This document shows positions 11,412 to 22,664 of a DNA stretch of 64,000 nt, in pieces. Source of the DNA: Chiloscyllium plagiosum. Its lineage: Eukaryota. The translations under genes and the position numbers were made by a program. Each line of letters opens with the position of its first letter. Within the stretch, counting starts at the first letter, position 1. The notes beneath the pieces are model-generated. The model saw nothing but the letters and a program-made list of their open reading frames with translations. It made no database searches and was not told where the DNA came from. The DNA lies in the NCBI RefSeq assembly GCF_004010195.1, contig NC_057754.1, positions 7,826,725-7,890,724 of the forward strand, read 5' to 3'.

Positions 11412-11663
11412 TTTAATGATCCAAGCTCTTTCAGGGTTAGTGACCACAGAGGCAAATTGTGTAAGAACAGAGCAGGAGCTTCCCAAGTATCTGTGCCTCC
11501 TCGTCTTGAGGGGCAGAAGGTTTTATGAACATGGACTAAGGTGCCAAGGTCAGTGCAGTGATCCCACTACTGGAGGTAATGCAGGTCCTTGCTGAAAACT
11601 CTTTTGGTAGGCTCTACCAAGGTATCACACTCCACACATTCACTCACAGTCACCCACCCACAA

Positions 11664-11800
11664 TTTGGAGATGTCGGTGTTGGACTGGGGTGTACAAAGT
11701 TAAAAATCACATAACCACCTGATGAAGGAGCCGAAAGCTAGTGCTTCCAGTTAAACCTGTTGGACTATAACCTGGTGTTGTGTGATTTTTAACTTTGTTT
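11664..11800. mobile_element. Short fold-back PLE insertion, family P2
   Basis: Perfect 12-bp TSD acccacccacaa (11652-11663 and 11801-11812). Inverted acaaagttaaaaatcaca ends. Hammerhead cacCTGATGAaggagccGAAAgCTAgtg with a truncated stem II. Confidence 0.82.
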
Positions 11801-12004
11801 ACCCACCCACAAAACACTGTTTGCTCTTCAGTATAGTTTGTTTAACCTGGATCCAGTGCAGTAATGGCCGAGATTTCCTGATCTCGCACCAAGTTGCACA
11901 AGTGGTTCCTGTTATTGTCAGAGTGAGATCAAGTGTCACTGTGCCCTGCTTGAGTAATGGGAGTGTTGGACTTTGAGAGACTTCCAATCAGGAAATTAAT
12001 TTAT

Positions 12005-12448
12005 TGAACAAGAATAATCCACTTGGCCCGATGAGCCAGCTCTGCCATTCAGTAAGCTCACCGCTGATCTGACTTTAACCTCAACTCTGCATTCCTGCAT
12101 ATCCCCCGATAATCTTTCGCCTCCCCTCCCCTCGGTAATGAAGAATCTGTCTACCTCTGCCTTAAAAATATTTAGCGTTTCGACATCCACTGCCTTTTGA
12201 GGAAGGGAATTAGAAAGACCCTCAACCCTTTGAGAGAAAATACAATCTTCATCTGTTTTAAATGGGCAATTTCAGTTTTAAAATTATGACCCCCTAATTC
12301 TAGATTTTCCACAAGATGAAAAAGCCTTTCCATATCCACTCGGTCAAGTCCCCTCAGGAGCTTAAATGTTTCAATTAAGACATCTTTGACTCTTCTAAAC
12401 TCAAGAATATCTAGGCCTAGCCTGACCTTGTAAGGTGGTCCGCTCATT
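12005..12448 (-). mobile_element. CR1 3' fragment
   Basis: LEFRRVKDVLIETFKLLRGLDRVD and LNIFKAEVDRF motifs. Confidence 0.85.
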
Positions 12449-13389
12449 TTAAGTTGAACATAACATCTCAGAGTTCCTATCCCACTTGGTCTCCATTGTC
12501 AAGGGAGAGCAGCATCAGCTGTTAGTCATGCAGCTTACATTGGCATAAGTTGGAAAAATCAATTTCAAATAATTATGAAATTGGATAACCAGCTCCACAT
12601 TGATAGCCCTGAATACTCTCTCCCGCCTCTCCCCATCACCGTTTCTGCTGTCGAGGTGCTCACACATTTCAGTGCAAACAAATGGAAAATTTCCCTATAA
12701 TTTTCATAAACATACAAAAACTAAAATACAAACAGCAACCAGATATTTGCTGCAAAGCCAAACAAGATAGAATTCAGCACTAACTCACACACCAGGCTGC
12801 TTGCTCAGTCTGATATTCAAACATGCTCCAGGCGTAAGGATAAGGATCCCCTCAGCCTGGGTGTCTGGGGTGTTACAGAATGTGCTGCTAAAACCACTGT
12901 TCCTGCTGCCACTAATTGCCGAGAGAACATATCCATCAGAAACCCACAAGCAGACCAAGTCCTGCCTCCCTTTCCAGGTGAATGGAAAAAACAGGAAGTG
13001 CTCCCTGATATTTATCTCCCAATCAATCTGAGTAAAGCCATTTACCGGAGGTCTCTTTTGTGGACAAAATTACTGTCACACTTCTAACATTCCCATAGTG
13101 ACCAGGATCTCTGAATTATTAAGGTACAGAAAGAGGCCATTCAGCCCATTGTGTTTGTACCGGCTATCCGAATGAGCATTGTGACTTAACATCACTCTCC
13201 CACCTTATCCCTGGAACCCTGCACTTAGTTCCTTTACGTATAACAGTCCAATTCTATCTTGAATTATCACCTCATTTGAACCTGCCTCGATCCCAGTCTC
13301 AGGCCACACATTCCAGGTGCTAGTCACTCACTGCGTGAAGAAGACTTTTCTTGTACCATTTTTGCTTCTTCTAAAAAAAAAAATCTCAA

Positions 13390-15542
13390 AGGAGGGTGCC
13401 TGTAAACAGGAAAGTGGCTTGAAGTGTGTATACTTCAATGCAAGAAGTATACGAAATAAGGGAGGTGAACTTGCAGCGTGGGTTGGTACCTGGGACTTCG
13501 ATGTTGTGGCTATTACGGAGACATGGGTAGAACAGGGACAGGATTGGCTGTTGCAGGTTCCAGGGTTTAAATGTTTTAGTAGGGTCAGAGGTAGGGGTAA
13601 AAGAGGGGGAGGTGTGGCATTGCTTGTCAAAGATAGTATTACAGCTGTGGAAAGGACGATGGATGAAGACTCGCCATCTGAGGTAGTTTGGGCTGAGGTT
13701 AGGAATAGGAAAGGTGAGTGTGCACTGCAGGGCAAGAGTTATAGCTGGGGGCAAGGAAATTATGATGTGGTGAGGCACGACCTAGGATTCGTGGCTTGGA
13801 AAAGTAGGCTTCAAGGCATGGGCACAACTGATATGTGGAGCTTGTTCAAGGAGCAACTATTGAGTGTCCTTGATAAGTATGTACCTGTCAGGCAGGGAGG
13901 AAAGGGTCGTGTGAGGGAGCCGTGGTTTAATAAGGAATTGGAATCCCTTGTTAAATGGAAGAGGGCGGCCTATGTAAAGATGAGGCGTGAAGGTTCAATT
14001 GGGGCAATTGAGAGTTATAAGATAGCCAGGAAGGATCTGAAGAGAGACCTAAGAGCAGCAAGGAGGGGACATGTAAAGTCCTTAGTTGGTAGGATTAGGG
14101 AAAACCCTAAGGCTTTCTATAGGTATGTCAGGAATAAAAGAATGACTAGGGTAGGAATAGGTCCAGTCAAGGATAGTAGTGGGAAGTTGCGTGTAGAGGC
14201 TGAGGAGATTGGGGAGACACTGAATGAATACTTTTTGTAAGTATTCACTCACGAACAGGACATTGTTGCCGATGTGAATACTGAGTCACAAGTAATTAGA
14301 ATGGATGGCTTTGAGGTATGTAGGGAAGAGGTGTTGGAAATTCTGGAAAGGGTGAAAATAGATAAGTCCCCTGGGCCTGATGGTATTTATCCTCTCTGGG
14401 AAGCAAGGGAGGAGATCGCAGAGCCATTGGCCTTGATNNNNNNNNNNNNNNNNNNNNNNNNNNNNNNNNNNNNNNNNNNNNNNNNNNNNNNNNNNNNNNN
14501 NNNNNNNNNNNNNNNNNNNNNNNNNNNNNNNNNNNNNNNNNNNNNNNNNNNNNNNNNNNNNNNNNNNNNNNNNNNNNNNNNNNNNNNNNNNNNNNNNNNN
14601 NNNNNNNNNNNNNNNNNNNNNNNNNNNNNNNNNNNNNNNNNNNNNNNNNNNNNNNNNNNNNNNNNNNNNNNNNNNNNNNNNNNNNNNNNNNNNNNNNNNN
14701 NNNNNNNNNNNNNNNNNNNNNNNNNNNNNNNNNNNNNNNNNNNNNNNNNNNNNNNNNNNNNNNNNNNNNNNNNNNNNNNNNNNNNNNNNNNNNNNNNNNN
14801 NNNNNNNNNNNNNNNNNNNNNNNNNNNNNNNNNNNNNNNNNNNNNNNNNNNNNNNNNNNNNNNNNNNNNNNNNNNNNNNNNNNNNNNNNNNNNNNNNNNN
14901 NNNNNNNNNNNNNNNNNNNNNNNNNNNNNNNNNNNNNNNNNNNNNNNNNNNNNNNNNNNNNNNNNNNNNNNNNNNNNNNNNNNNNNNNNNNNNNNNNNNN
15001 NNNNNNNNNNNNNNNNNNNNNNNNNNNNNNNNNNNNNNNNNNNNNNNNNNNNNNNNNNNNNNNNNNNNNNNNNNNNNNNNNNNNNNNNNNNNNNNNNNNN
15101 NNNNNNNNNNNNNNNNNNNNNNNNNNNNNNNNNNNNNNNNNNNNNNNNNNNNNNNNNNNNNNNNNNNNNNNNNNNNNNNNNNNNNNNNNNNNNNNNNNNN
15201 NNNNNNACAAGATGATTAGGGGTTTACATAGGGTTGACCGTGAGAACGTTTTTCCACGTATGGAGTCAGCTATTATGAGGGGGCATAGCTTTAAATTAAG
15301 GGGGAGTTGGTATAGGACAGATGTTAGGGGTAGGTTCTTTACTCAGCGTGTCGTGAGTTCATGGAATGCCCTGCCAGTAGCAGTGGTGGACTCTCCCTCA
15401 TTATGGGCATTTAAACGGGCATTGGATAGGCATATGGAGGATAGTGGGCTAGTGTAGGTTAGGTGGGCTTGGAACGGCGCAACATCGAGGGCCGAAGGGC
15501 CTGTACTGCGCTGTATTTTTCTATGTTCTATCTATGTTCTAT
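13390..15542 (+). mobile_element. Young CR1/HER1 ORF2 copy with internal deletion, spanning assembly gap 14438-15206
   Basis: LKCVYFNARSIRNK..DVVAITETW..RGGGVALLVK (APE), PWFNKE..NPKAFYRY, KSPGPDGIYP. After the gap: C-terminus and (ttctatg)n-type tail. Confidence 0.93.
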
Positions 15543-17067
15543 TTTAGTTGTTAGTCTAGTATTTTTGATTGTTTTGAGTGATTTTTGGATTGCAGGTTGT
15601 GTTAATTTGATGCATTTTGTTTTGTTTGTGGGTCGTGGGAGTTGCTGGCTGGGCCAGCATTGATTGCCAATCCCTAAGTGTCTCGAGGCACTTAAGAATC
15701 AAACGGATTGCTGTTGGTCTGGACTTAAATGGCAGCCAGACCACGCCCGGTAAGGATGGTCGATTGTCTTTCCTAAAGGACCTTGGTAAACCAGCTGGAT
15801 TTCTGCAACAAGTCAAATAATGATTGCCATTAGGCCAGCTCTTTATTCCAAATTTTAATATGTTGATTGAGATGCTACCATCGGCCCTGAGAACATTCGG
15901 ATCCGTGACCAAGAACACTGACCTCAGGTTCTGGACGGCTGGTCCAGTGAAATTGCCACTTCACCAATGCCTGCCCTTTTGAATTTGGCCCCATCCATCC
16001 TGACTGCTGTTGTTTCAAAGAGGAGGGCGGTCTCTCTGGTGGCTAACATGATAGAAAGGATGGAGCCACAGAATGATTGCCGCGTGGAAGGCAGGCCATT
16101 TGGCCCATTGTGTTGGTACTGGCTTCCTGAAGGAGCTACGCACCAGTGCAAGCTGTTCCCCTGCTTTTCACCAATACTCTGCCCATTCTTGCTTTTCAGA
16201 TAATAATCCAATTCTCTCTGGGAATGCCTCAAGTGTTGAACGCCTGTGGCTTCCTCTTCTGAATCCCATCACCTTTGAGCCGTTCAACACCGAAACAGAC
16301 CCTTCAGTCCAACTCGTCCATGCTGACCAGATATCCTCAATTAATCTCGTCTCATTTGCTAACATGTGCTATGGGAATAGCTTTTCCCTGTCTATGATCT
16401 CCAGACCCCTTGGAATTTTTAATGTTCCTATTAAATCTCGTCTCAATCCTCCTTTTACAATTGCAGCATCAAAATCTTCAGTCCATCCTTGTAACTTAAA
16501 TTCCTCATCTCGTTCTTGTGAATCTTCCCTGCACTGTCTGCAATATCGGTGTAAAGTGCTGCACTCAAAACTGGAGCACAGTACTTCAGTTGAGGGTGAA
16601 CCAGTGTTTTATGCAGGTTTAACTCTACTCTGTGCCATTAATAACAAATCTATGGGTCTACCTTTACCTTCGCTTACCTTACAGGAGTTAGGGATTGGCA
16701 ATAATGCTGATGTAGCCAACAACATGCACTTTCCATGATCATATGAAAACAAAACTTTGTTTTCTCTAAAGCAAAGTCCTGTAGTAGTTGTAAAGACGTT
16801 ATCTGTTTACTGACAGATTTGTTAAGTGATACGTTTGAGTTTTTTAAAAAAATATATATTTACCTTCCAATCTCTTGATGTGATTCCCATTCTGTGGTGA
16901 GCGAGTGAGTTCCAAAGATTTGTGAAAACTGCTCCAAACGCTTATCGCACCCTTTCAGCCTTTGCTCATTCACACTGCTGGGATCAGGAACTCCACTTTC
17001 CAGTTGCTACCAAACTCCGCCTTGGGACGAGGTGATGTTGGTTTTCCTTTGGGCTGTGGCTTGTATC

Positions 17068-17230
17068 TATAGTCGGTTCTGCTATAACTCACGTTTCTTC
17101 AACGTGAATTGGCAATAACACGATGGAAGAATTAAGACCACAATTTGTAGAACTTGAACGTTCCTTCCCTGTATTGGCTAGAACGCGATTCCGGCCCTGT
17201 CAGTTTAAACGGCACGATTTTCTTATGGCA
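17068..17230. mobile_element. Partial Tc1/mariner (pogo/Tigger-like) MITE
   Basis: TA followed by a tagtcggttctgctataac terminus resembling the CAGTCG-type terminal inverted repeat (TIR); second TIR not found. Confidence 0.4.
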
Positions 17231-17532
17231 CTGGATTGAAACGATTGCTTCATATCAAAACTGATTTGTGCAAGTCATGAAATATCAGATTATGACTTGG
17301 CAGTTAACTCTTTCCTGATATGTTTTGCATGATAACCCCTTTACCCTTCACCTGACAGGTGGTCAGCTCTCCCTGTTCAAATGCCAAGTAAATTGTTGTT
17401 CCCTTGGTGACTTGATATTCTTGATTTAGTCCTGATGAGCAGAAGATGAAAAATTTTAGGACCACATGTCCTTCATCTGCAGTGCTGATGTTTTTTTTAA
17501 AAAAAAATCTATTGTGTCTGCTTTGATTACAG

Positions 17533-17668
17533 ATGTTTCAGCTACGAGTTGTAAAAGGGGGCTTCAGCTTCCTGGGGGTCAGGCGGATGGCTGTGCTGAA
17601 TGCTGCTCATCGAAGCACTCAACACAAGGATTACAAGCCCATCAAGAAGGTGATGGTAGCTAACAGAG
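17533..17668 (+). CDS. PC: Pyruvate carboxylase, coding exon 1 (mitochondrial leader + start of biotin carboxylase domain)
   Basis: tacag|ATG acceptor directly at the start codon. Encodes MFQLRVVKGGFSFLGVRRMAVLNAAHRSTQHKDYKPIKKVMVANR(G); YKPIKKVMVANRG matches vertebrate PC. Donor G|gtaag; 136 nt, phase 1. Confidence 0.97.
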
Positions 17669-17914
17669 GTAAGAAGGAAAAGCCCATCCCCTCCATCCAG
17701 AGGCTAAAAGCTGACGTTTGACTGAGTAAGCACATGCACAGCTTTATGCAACATGACTGAAGTGTGTTCTCACTGAGAGGTTTTCACACAATTACAGGAA
17801 AGTCTCATGATAGTAAAGAACTTTGTATGCATGTCCAAGTTGAATATGGTCAAAAAAGATGCATCTCTCTAAAGCTTTTTGTCTTGCATTCGATAAATGC
17901 AAGAATGCCAGTAT

Positions 17915-18350
17915 CAGAATGCTGTGTTCAATTCTAGTCTCCCTGCTAAAGATGTTGTTAAATGTGGAAGGGTTCAGAAAAGATTTACAAGGATGCTGCC
18001 ATGGTTGGAGGTTTGAACTGCAGGGAGAGGCTGAATTGGCTGGGGCTGTTTTCCTTGGAGGTCAGAGGCTGAGGGTTATAAAATCATGAGGGGCATGGAT
18101 AGGATGAATGGCTATCCCGGGATAGGGGTGTCCAAAACTAGAGAGCGCAGGATTAAGGTAAGAGAAGAAAGATTTATAAGGGATCTCGGGCAACTTTTTC
18201 ATGAAAGGATAGTGAGTGTGTGGAACAAAATGCCAGAGGAAGTGGTGGGCGCTGGTACAATGACACCATTTAAAAGGCACCTGGATGGGTACATGAATGG
18301 GAAGGGTTTAGAGGGATATGGGCCAAATGTTGGCAGATGGGACTGGATTA
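17915..18350 (+). mobile_element. CR1/HER1 3' fragment
   Basis: MRGMDR..VWNKMPEEVV..FKRHLDGYMN..GYGP. Confidence 0.88.
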
Positions 18351-18634
18351 TGGTCAGCAATAACTCTGTGATCAAGCATGTTATGTTTGCATTTCGCCAA
18401 GGGTGCTGTTGGTTGGCAAGTGAACCCTGATTCGCCTGTGTTATTATTATCAAACACTTCATGAAAATCCAAATGTATTATATCCATTACTTCCCCTTTA
18501 TCCTGCTTGTTATCTCCTCAAACAAATTCTAATAAATTTGTCAGACATGATTTCCCCCTTGTGAAGTCATGCAGATTTTGTTTGATCATACTGTGCACTT
18601 CTAAATATTGCACTATTGCATCCTTTATAATAGA

Positions 18635-18824
18635 GGCAGAAGTGGGTACTGCAGATGCTGAACATTAGAGTCAAGATTAGAGTGGTGCTGGAAAAGCACA
18701 GCAGGTCAGGCAGCATCCGAGTACTGATTTCCTGATGAAGGGCTTTTGCCCGAAACCTCGATTTTCCTGCTCCTTGGATGCTGCCTGATTTGCTGTGCTT
18801 TTCCAGCACCACTCTAATCTTGAC
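18635..18824. mobile_element. Fold-back PLE insertion, family P3, with hammerhead motif at 18732-18760
   Basis: 14-bp TSD tcctttataataga (18621-18634 and 18825-18838). Inverted arms gagtcaagattagagtggtgctggaaaagcacagca. CTGATGAaGGGCttttGCCCGAAAc core. Confidence 0.88.
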
Positions 18825-18889
18825 TCCTTTATAATAGACTCTGACTTTTTCCTGATAACAGAAGTTCAGCCAACCAGCCTACCTGTATT

Positions 18890-19537
18890 GATTTTAACCC
18901 TACTGCGAGTCCTTTTGCAAGGATGCCTGTCTTGATGAAGTTTTCTTCCTCTCTCCACGAGAATCTCAGCGAGTCTCTCTCTCTGTCACTGCAACCCCCA
19001 GGTCATCTCCTCTGCCCTGAAGCTCTTCAACTATGTCCTGAAACAGACTCGCTACCACAGCCACATTTGCTTTCTGAGTGCCTGCCTCCGTAACATCAAT
19101 GTGGACTTCACCAATTTCCTCATTTCCCCTTCCCCCACCTCACCCCAGCTCCAACCTTCCAGCTCAGCACTATTCTCATGACTTGTCCTACCTGCCTATC
19201 TTCCTTTCCATATATCAACTCCACCCTCCTCTCTGACCTATCACCTTCATCCCCACCCCCATTCACCCATTGTACTCTTTGCTACCTTCCCTCACCCTTC
19301 TCTCTGACCTATCACCTCCATCCCCTCCCCCCTTCACCTATTCTATTCTATGCTACTTTCTCCCCATCCCCTCTCATTTATCTCTCCACTCTGCAGGCAC
19401 CCTGCCTCCATTCCTGATGAAAGGCTTTTGGCCGAAATGTCCATTTTCCTGCTCCTCGGATGCTGCCTGACCTGCTGTGCTTTTCCAGCACCACTTTAAT
19501 CTAGACTCTGGTTTCCAGCATCTGCAGTCCTTGTTTT
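18890..19537 (+). mobile_element. Internally deleted Penelope-like element, family P3
   Basis: ORF N-terminus (ALKLFNYVLKQTRYHSHICFLSACLRN) fused to the C-terminal INVDFTNF, a pyrimidine-rich UTR and a hammerhead-like motif at 19414-19442. Flanked by tacctgtatt at 18880-18889 and 19538-19547. Confidence 0.72.
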
Positions 19538-19924
19538 TACCTGTATTTTTTTGTCTCCTTCCTTTATTCAAAAAACATTGACAGTTTTGAGTTTCGTTGG
19601 GAGTTTTGTGGAATAAACAGACTTCATTTTGGACTGACTGGAAAATACCACGGCAGAGGAGCAGCACACATTCACTTGCTTGACCTGCTGTTCACATTCT
19701 TGATGGGATCCGCATTTCCAGTGAGGCTTTTCAGGACTGATGGGAGTCGGCCTTTGGTCTATCAGTGTAATGCACAATGAACGACAGGTCTGATCAGAGT
19801 AGCCATTGCCCCAGTAGATTGCTGTGCTGTCCCCGTCCCCATGTTGAGTCATGGTCACTCACTGACCCCGTACTTCTGTTACATCTGTATTGCCCAGACT
19901 GTGTGGCTCTGAGGGGGGAGTTTT

Positions 19925-20593
19925 AGAATCCCTACAGGACAGAAATAGGTCAATTCGGGCCATCTAGTCTACACTGATCCGCCAAGATCATACCACACTA
20001 TCCCCGTGACTCCACATTTCCAATGGCTAATCCACCTAGTCTTCACAACCCTAGACACCATGGGACAATTTAGCATGGCCTTTTTAGATTAGATTAGATT
20101 CCCTAAAGTATGGAAACAGGCCCTTCAGCCCAATGAGTCCACTCCGACCGTCCGAAGAGTAACCCACCCAGACCCAGTCCCCTACACTATATTTACCCCT
20201 GACTAATGCACCTAACACTATTGGCAATTTAGCACGGCCAATCCACCTGACCCCCACATCTTTGGACTGTGGGAGGAAACCGGAGCACCCGGAGGAAATC
20301 CACGCGGATAGGGGGAGAATGTGCAAACTCCACACAGACAGTCACCCGAGGCTGGAATCGAACCCGGGTCCCTGGCGCTGTGAGGCAGCAGTGCTAACCA
20401 TTGAGCCACCGTGCCGCCAATCCACCTAACGTGCACATCTTTGGTGGAAACTGGAGCACCCGGAGGAAACCCGCTCGGGCACTGGGAGAACACCTAAACG
20501 CCACACTGACAGACAGTTACCCGGGGCTGCAATTGAACCCAGGTCCCTGGTGCTGTGATGCAGATGTGCTAAGCACTGAGCCGTCGGTGCCGC
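19925..20593 (-). mobile_element. Nested HE1 SINEs (younger copy ~20085-20415 inside an older one)
   Basis: The outer SINE breaks at atttagcatggcc (20080) and resumes at aatccacctaac (~20419). Confidence 0.85.
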
Positions 20594-21587
20594 CTGATGT
20601 AGTGAAAATTCATAAGGGAAGCCCTTTGAGGCTGCCATTCAGTGGGCCCAACCACATTTGTCTGCTTACTGAGCGAGAGTTTCACCCATTGTCTTTGTGT
20701 CATTGTTCTCTTCGTGTTCCTTTACCGACTCAAATCACGTACTGTGCTTGTCCCCCCCCGGTCTCTGGCCACCTCATTGAAACACTTCCCACATCTGCTC
20801 TCTGATTTCCAAATGCCCACCCATCCCCTCGCCATCTGTTTTGCTCCATCGCTGGCCTGCTCAGTGTATCATCAATTATCGGAATTTAATAAAGCAATTT
20901 GCCGTGGCGCAGCTGTGTTCAGTTCTGGGCACTGTACCTTCGGAAGGATCTATTAGCCTTGGAGGAGATGCAGTGCCGTTTCACCAGAATGATAAATGTT
21001 GAGAAAATGCATCACGTTGTGCAACTAAGTTGCATTGACTCATACACAGGAGATTTTAAATGTTTGTGATATTTAAGGATTTGGCAGGGTAGATAGATTG
21101 GGAATATTTCCTTATTGATTGAGAAGGGCAGGATAGACGTCCGCAGAAAGTTTGAATGAGCTGAAAGGATGTGATTGACCAGGTTCTATTCAGTGGGAGT
21201 GTTTGGAGGGGGACTGGCGGGAGGGGTGGTGGGATTGGTGCCTTGAACTAGAGAACACACCTTAAAAATCACAGCTCCTCCTTTCAAGAGAGAGCTGCGC
21301 AGGTACATGTTCTTCCAGAGAGTGCTGAGTCTTTGGAATGCTGTTTCCCGAAAGTGATAGAGACGGGGTCCCAGAGGTAGATAGAACCTTGTCTGAGGGA
21401 GGGAGTCAGTGGTAATCAGGCAGTAAAGTGGAATCAAGGTCCCGGACAGATCAGCCGGGTTTTTATTGAATGCTCAAATGGGCTATCCTGCTCCTCGTGA
21501 GTGTGTTGACCAAGTGTGGTAGAGCAGGTCCGAGGGGCTGAATGGCCTCCACCTGTGCCTAATCCTCCTGTATGACTTCTCCTTCAG

Positions 21588-21772
21588 GTGAGATAGCGAC
21601 CAGAGTGTTTCGAGCCTGCACTGAGCTCGGGATCCGCACTGTGGCGGTTTACTCGGAACAGGACACCGGGCAGATGCACAGGCAGAAGGCCGATGAAGCT
21701 TACCTGATCGGGAAGGGCCTTCCCCCTGTCCAGGCTTACCTGCACATTCCTGACATCATCAAAGTAGCCAAG
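21588..21772 (+). CDS. PC: Pyruvate carboxylase, coding exon 2 (GC donor)
   Basis: ttcag| acceptor. Encodes (G)[61 protein letters not shown]. Ends AAG|gcaagt; 185 nt, in frame with the next exon. Confidence 0.97.
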
Positions 21773-22474
21773 GCAAGTGATTTCCTCCTCCTGTTGGGAC
21801 TGGTTTCTGGATACGTGGAGTTGTAACCTGCGCCCTAATGGCTCGGTTTCTCTGCAGTACAAACCAGGTCCACCGTGGCCACATCCTCCAGCATTGCAGA
21901 GGCTCTGTCCGTCTTGTCCGTGCATTAGTTTCCTCTCCTTCCTTGATGGGCTCGTTGGCCTGGGGCAGGTCCCATAGTCCCCGGTGCATAAGGACGGGCA
22001 TGTGATGATGCTTGGGTGGTGGGTGGAAAAGCAGGCCAGGCCTGATGATTGTGACCCGGAACAACAAGGGGCCAGTTCTGGGCCTTGTCGTCCTTTCCTT
22101 TTCTGACGTGGTCCAGCAACATGGCGAGGGGCGCGCCCAGCGAAATGGTGGGTGGGTGTTGAGGCCGCTTGAGGAGTGGGGTATGGCAAGGGAGGGGCGC
22201 AAGTGGGAGATGGGAGGTCTTTGAAGGGTGTGGTGGAGGCAGGAAATTGGGTGAGGGGAAGATGGGGGAAGTGGGATGGAGGGGTGCGGTGCGGTGTGTC
22301 AGGGATGGAAAAAGAAGTCAGCTGAGGCAGGCAGGCTGGGTTTGAGGGGCCCAGTGGCTGCTGGCTGTTTGGGTTTCGGGACTTTGATGCAAAGCGTCGA
22401 TTTTGTTTCTTTTAAATTGAGTGTTTCTTGCTTCAATCTAAAATGTAATGCTTCCTGTGTCTGGTTGCAATCAG

Positions 22475-22640
22475 GACAATGAAGTGGACGCTATTCACCC
22501 AGGCTACGGATTCCTGTCCGAGAGAGCGGACTTTGCACAGGCCTGTGCAGATGCAGGCGTACGCTTCATTGGACCCAGCCCTGAGGTTGTGCGGAGAATG
22601 GGTGACAAAGTTGAGGCACGTGCCATTGCTATTGATGCCG
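22475..22640 (+). CDS. PC: Pyruvate carboxylase, coding exon 3
   Basis: aatcag| acceptor. Encodes [55 protein letters not shown](G). Donor G|gtatgt; 166 nt. Confidence 0.97.
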
Positions 22641-22664
22641 GTATGTGTCCCCACACCTCCTACT

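Noticed and set aside
14274..15215. 300-aa ORFs at 14274/14296 and similar ones at 41299-41737 and 44514-44849
   Set aside because: They read through N gaps.
16073..16738. 221-aa + strand ORF
   Set aside because: Antisense read-through of concatenated old CR1 3' fragments; no recognisable domain.
21584..22202. 201-aa and 147-aa minus-strand ORFs
   Set aside because: Antisense shadow of PC exon 2 and the GC-rich intron.
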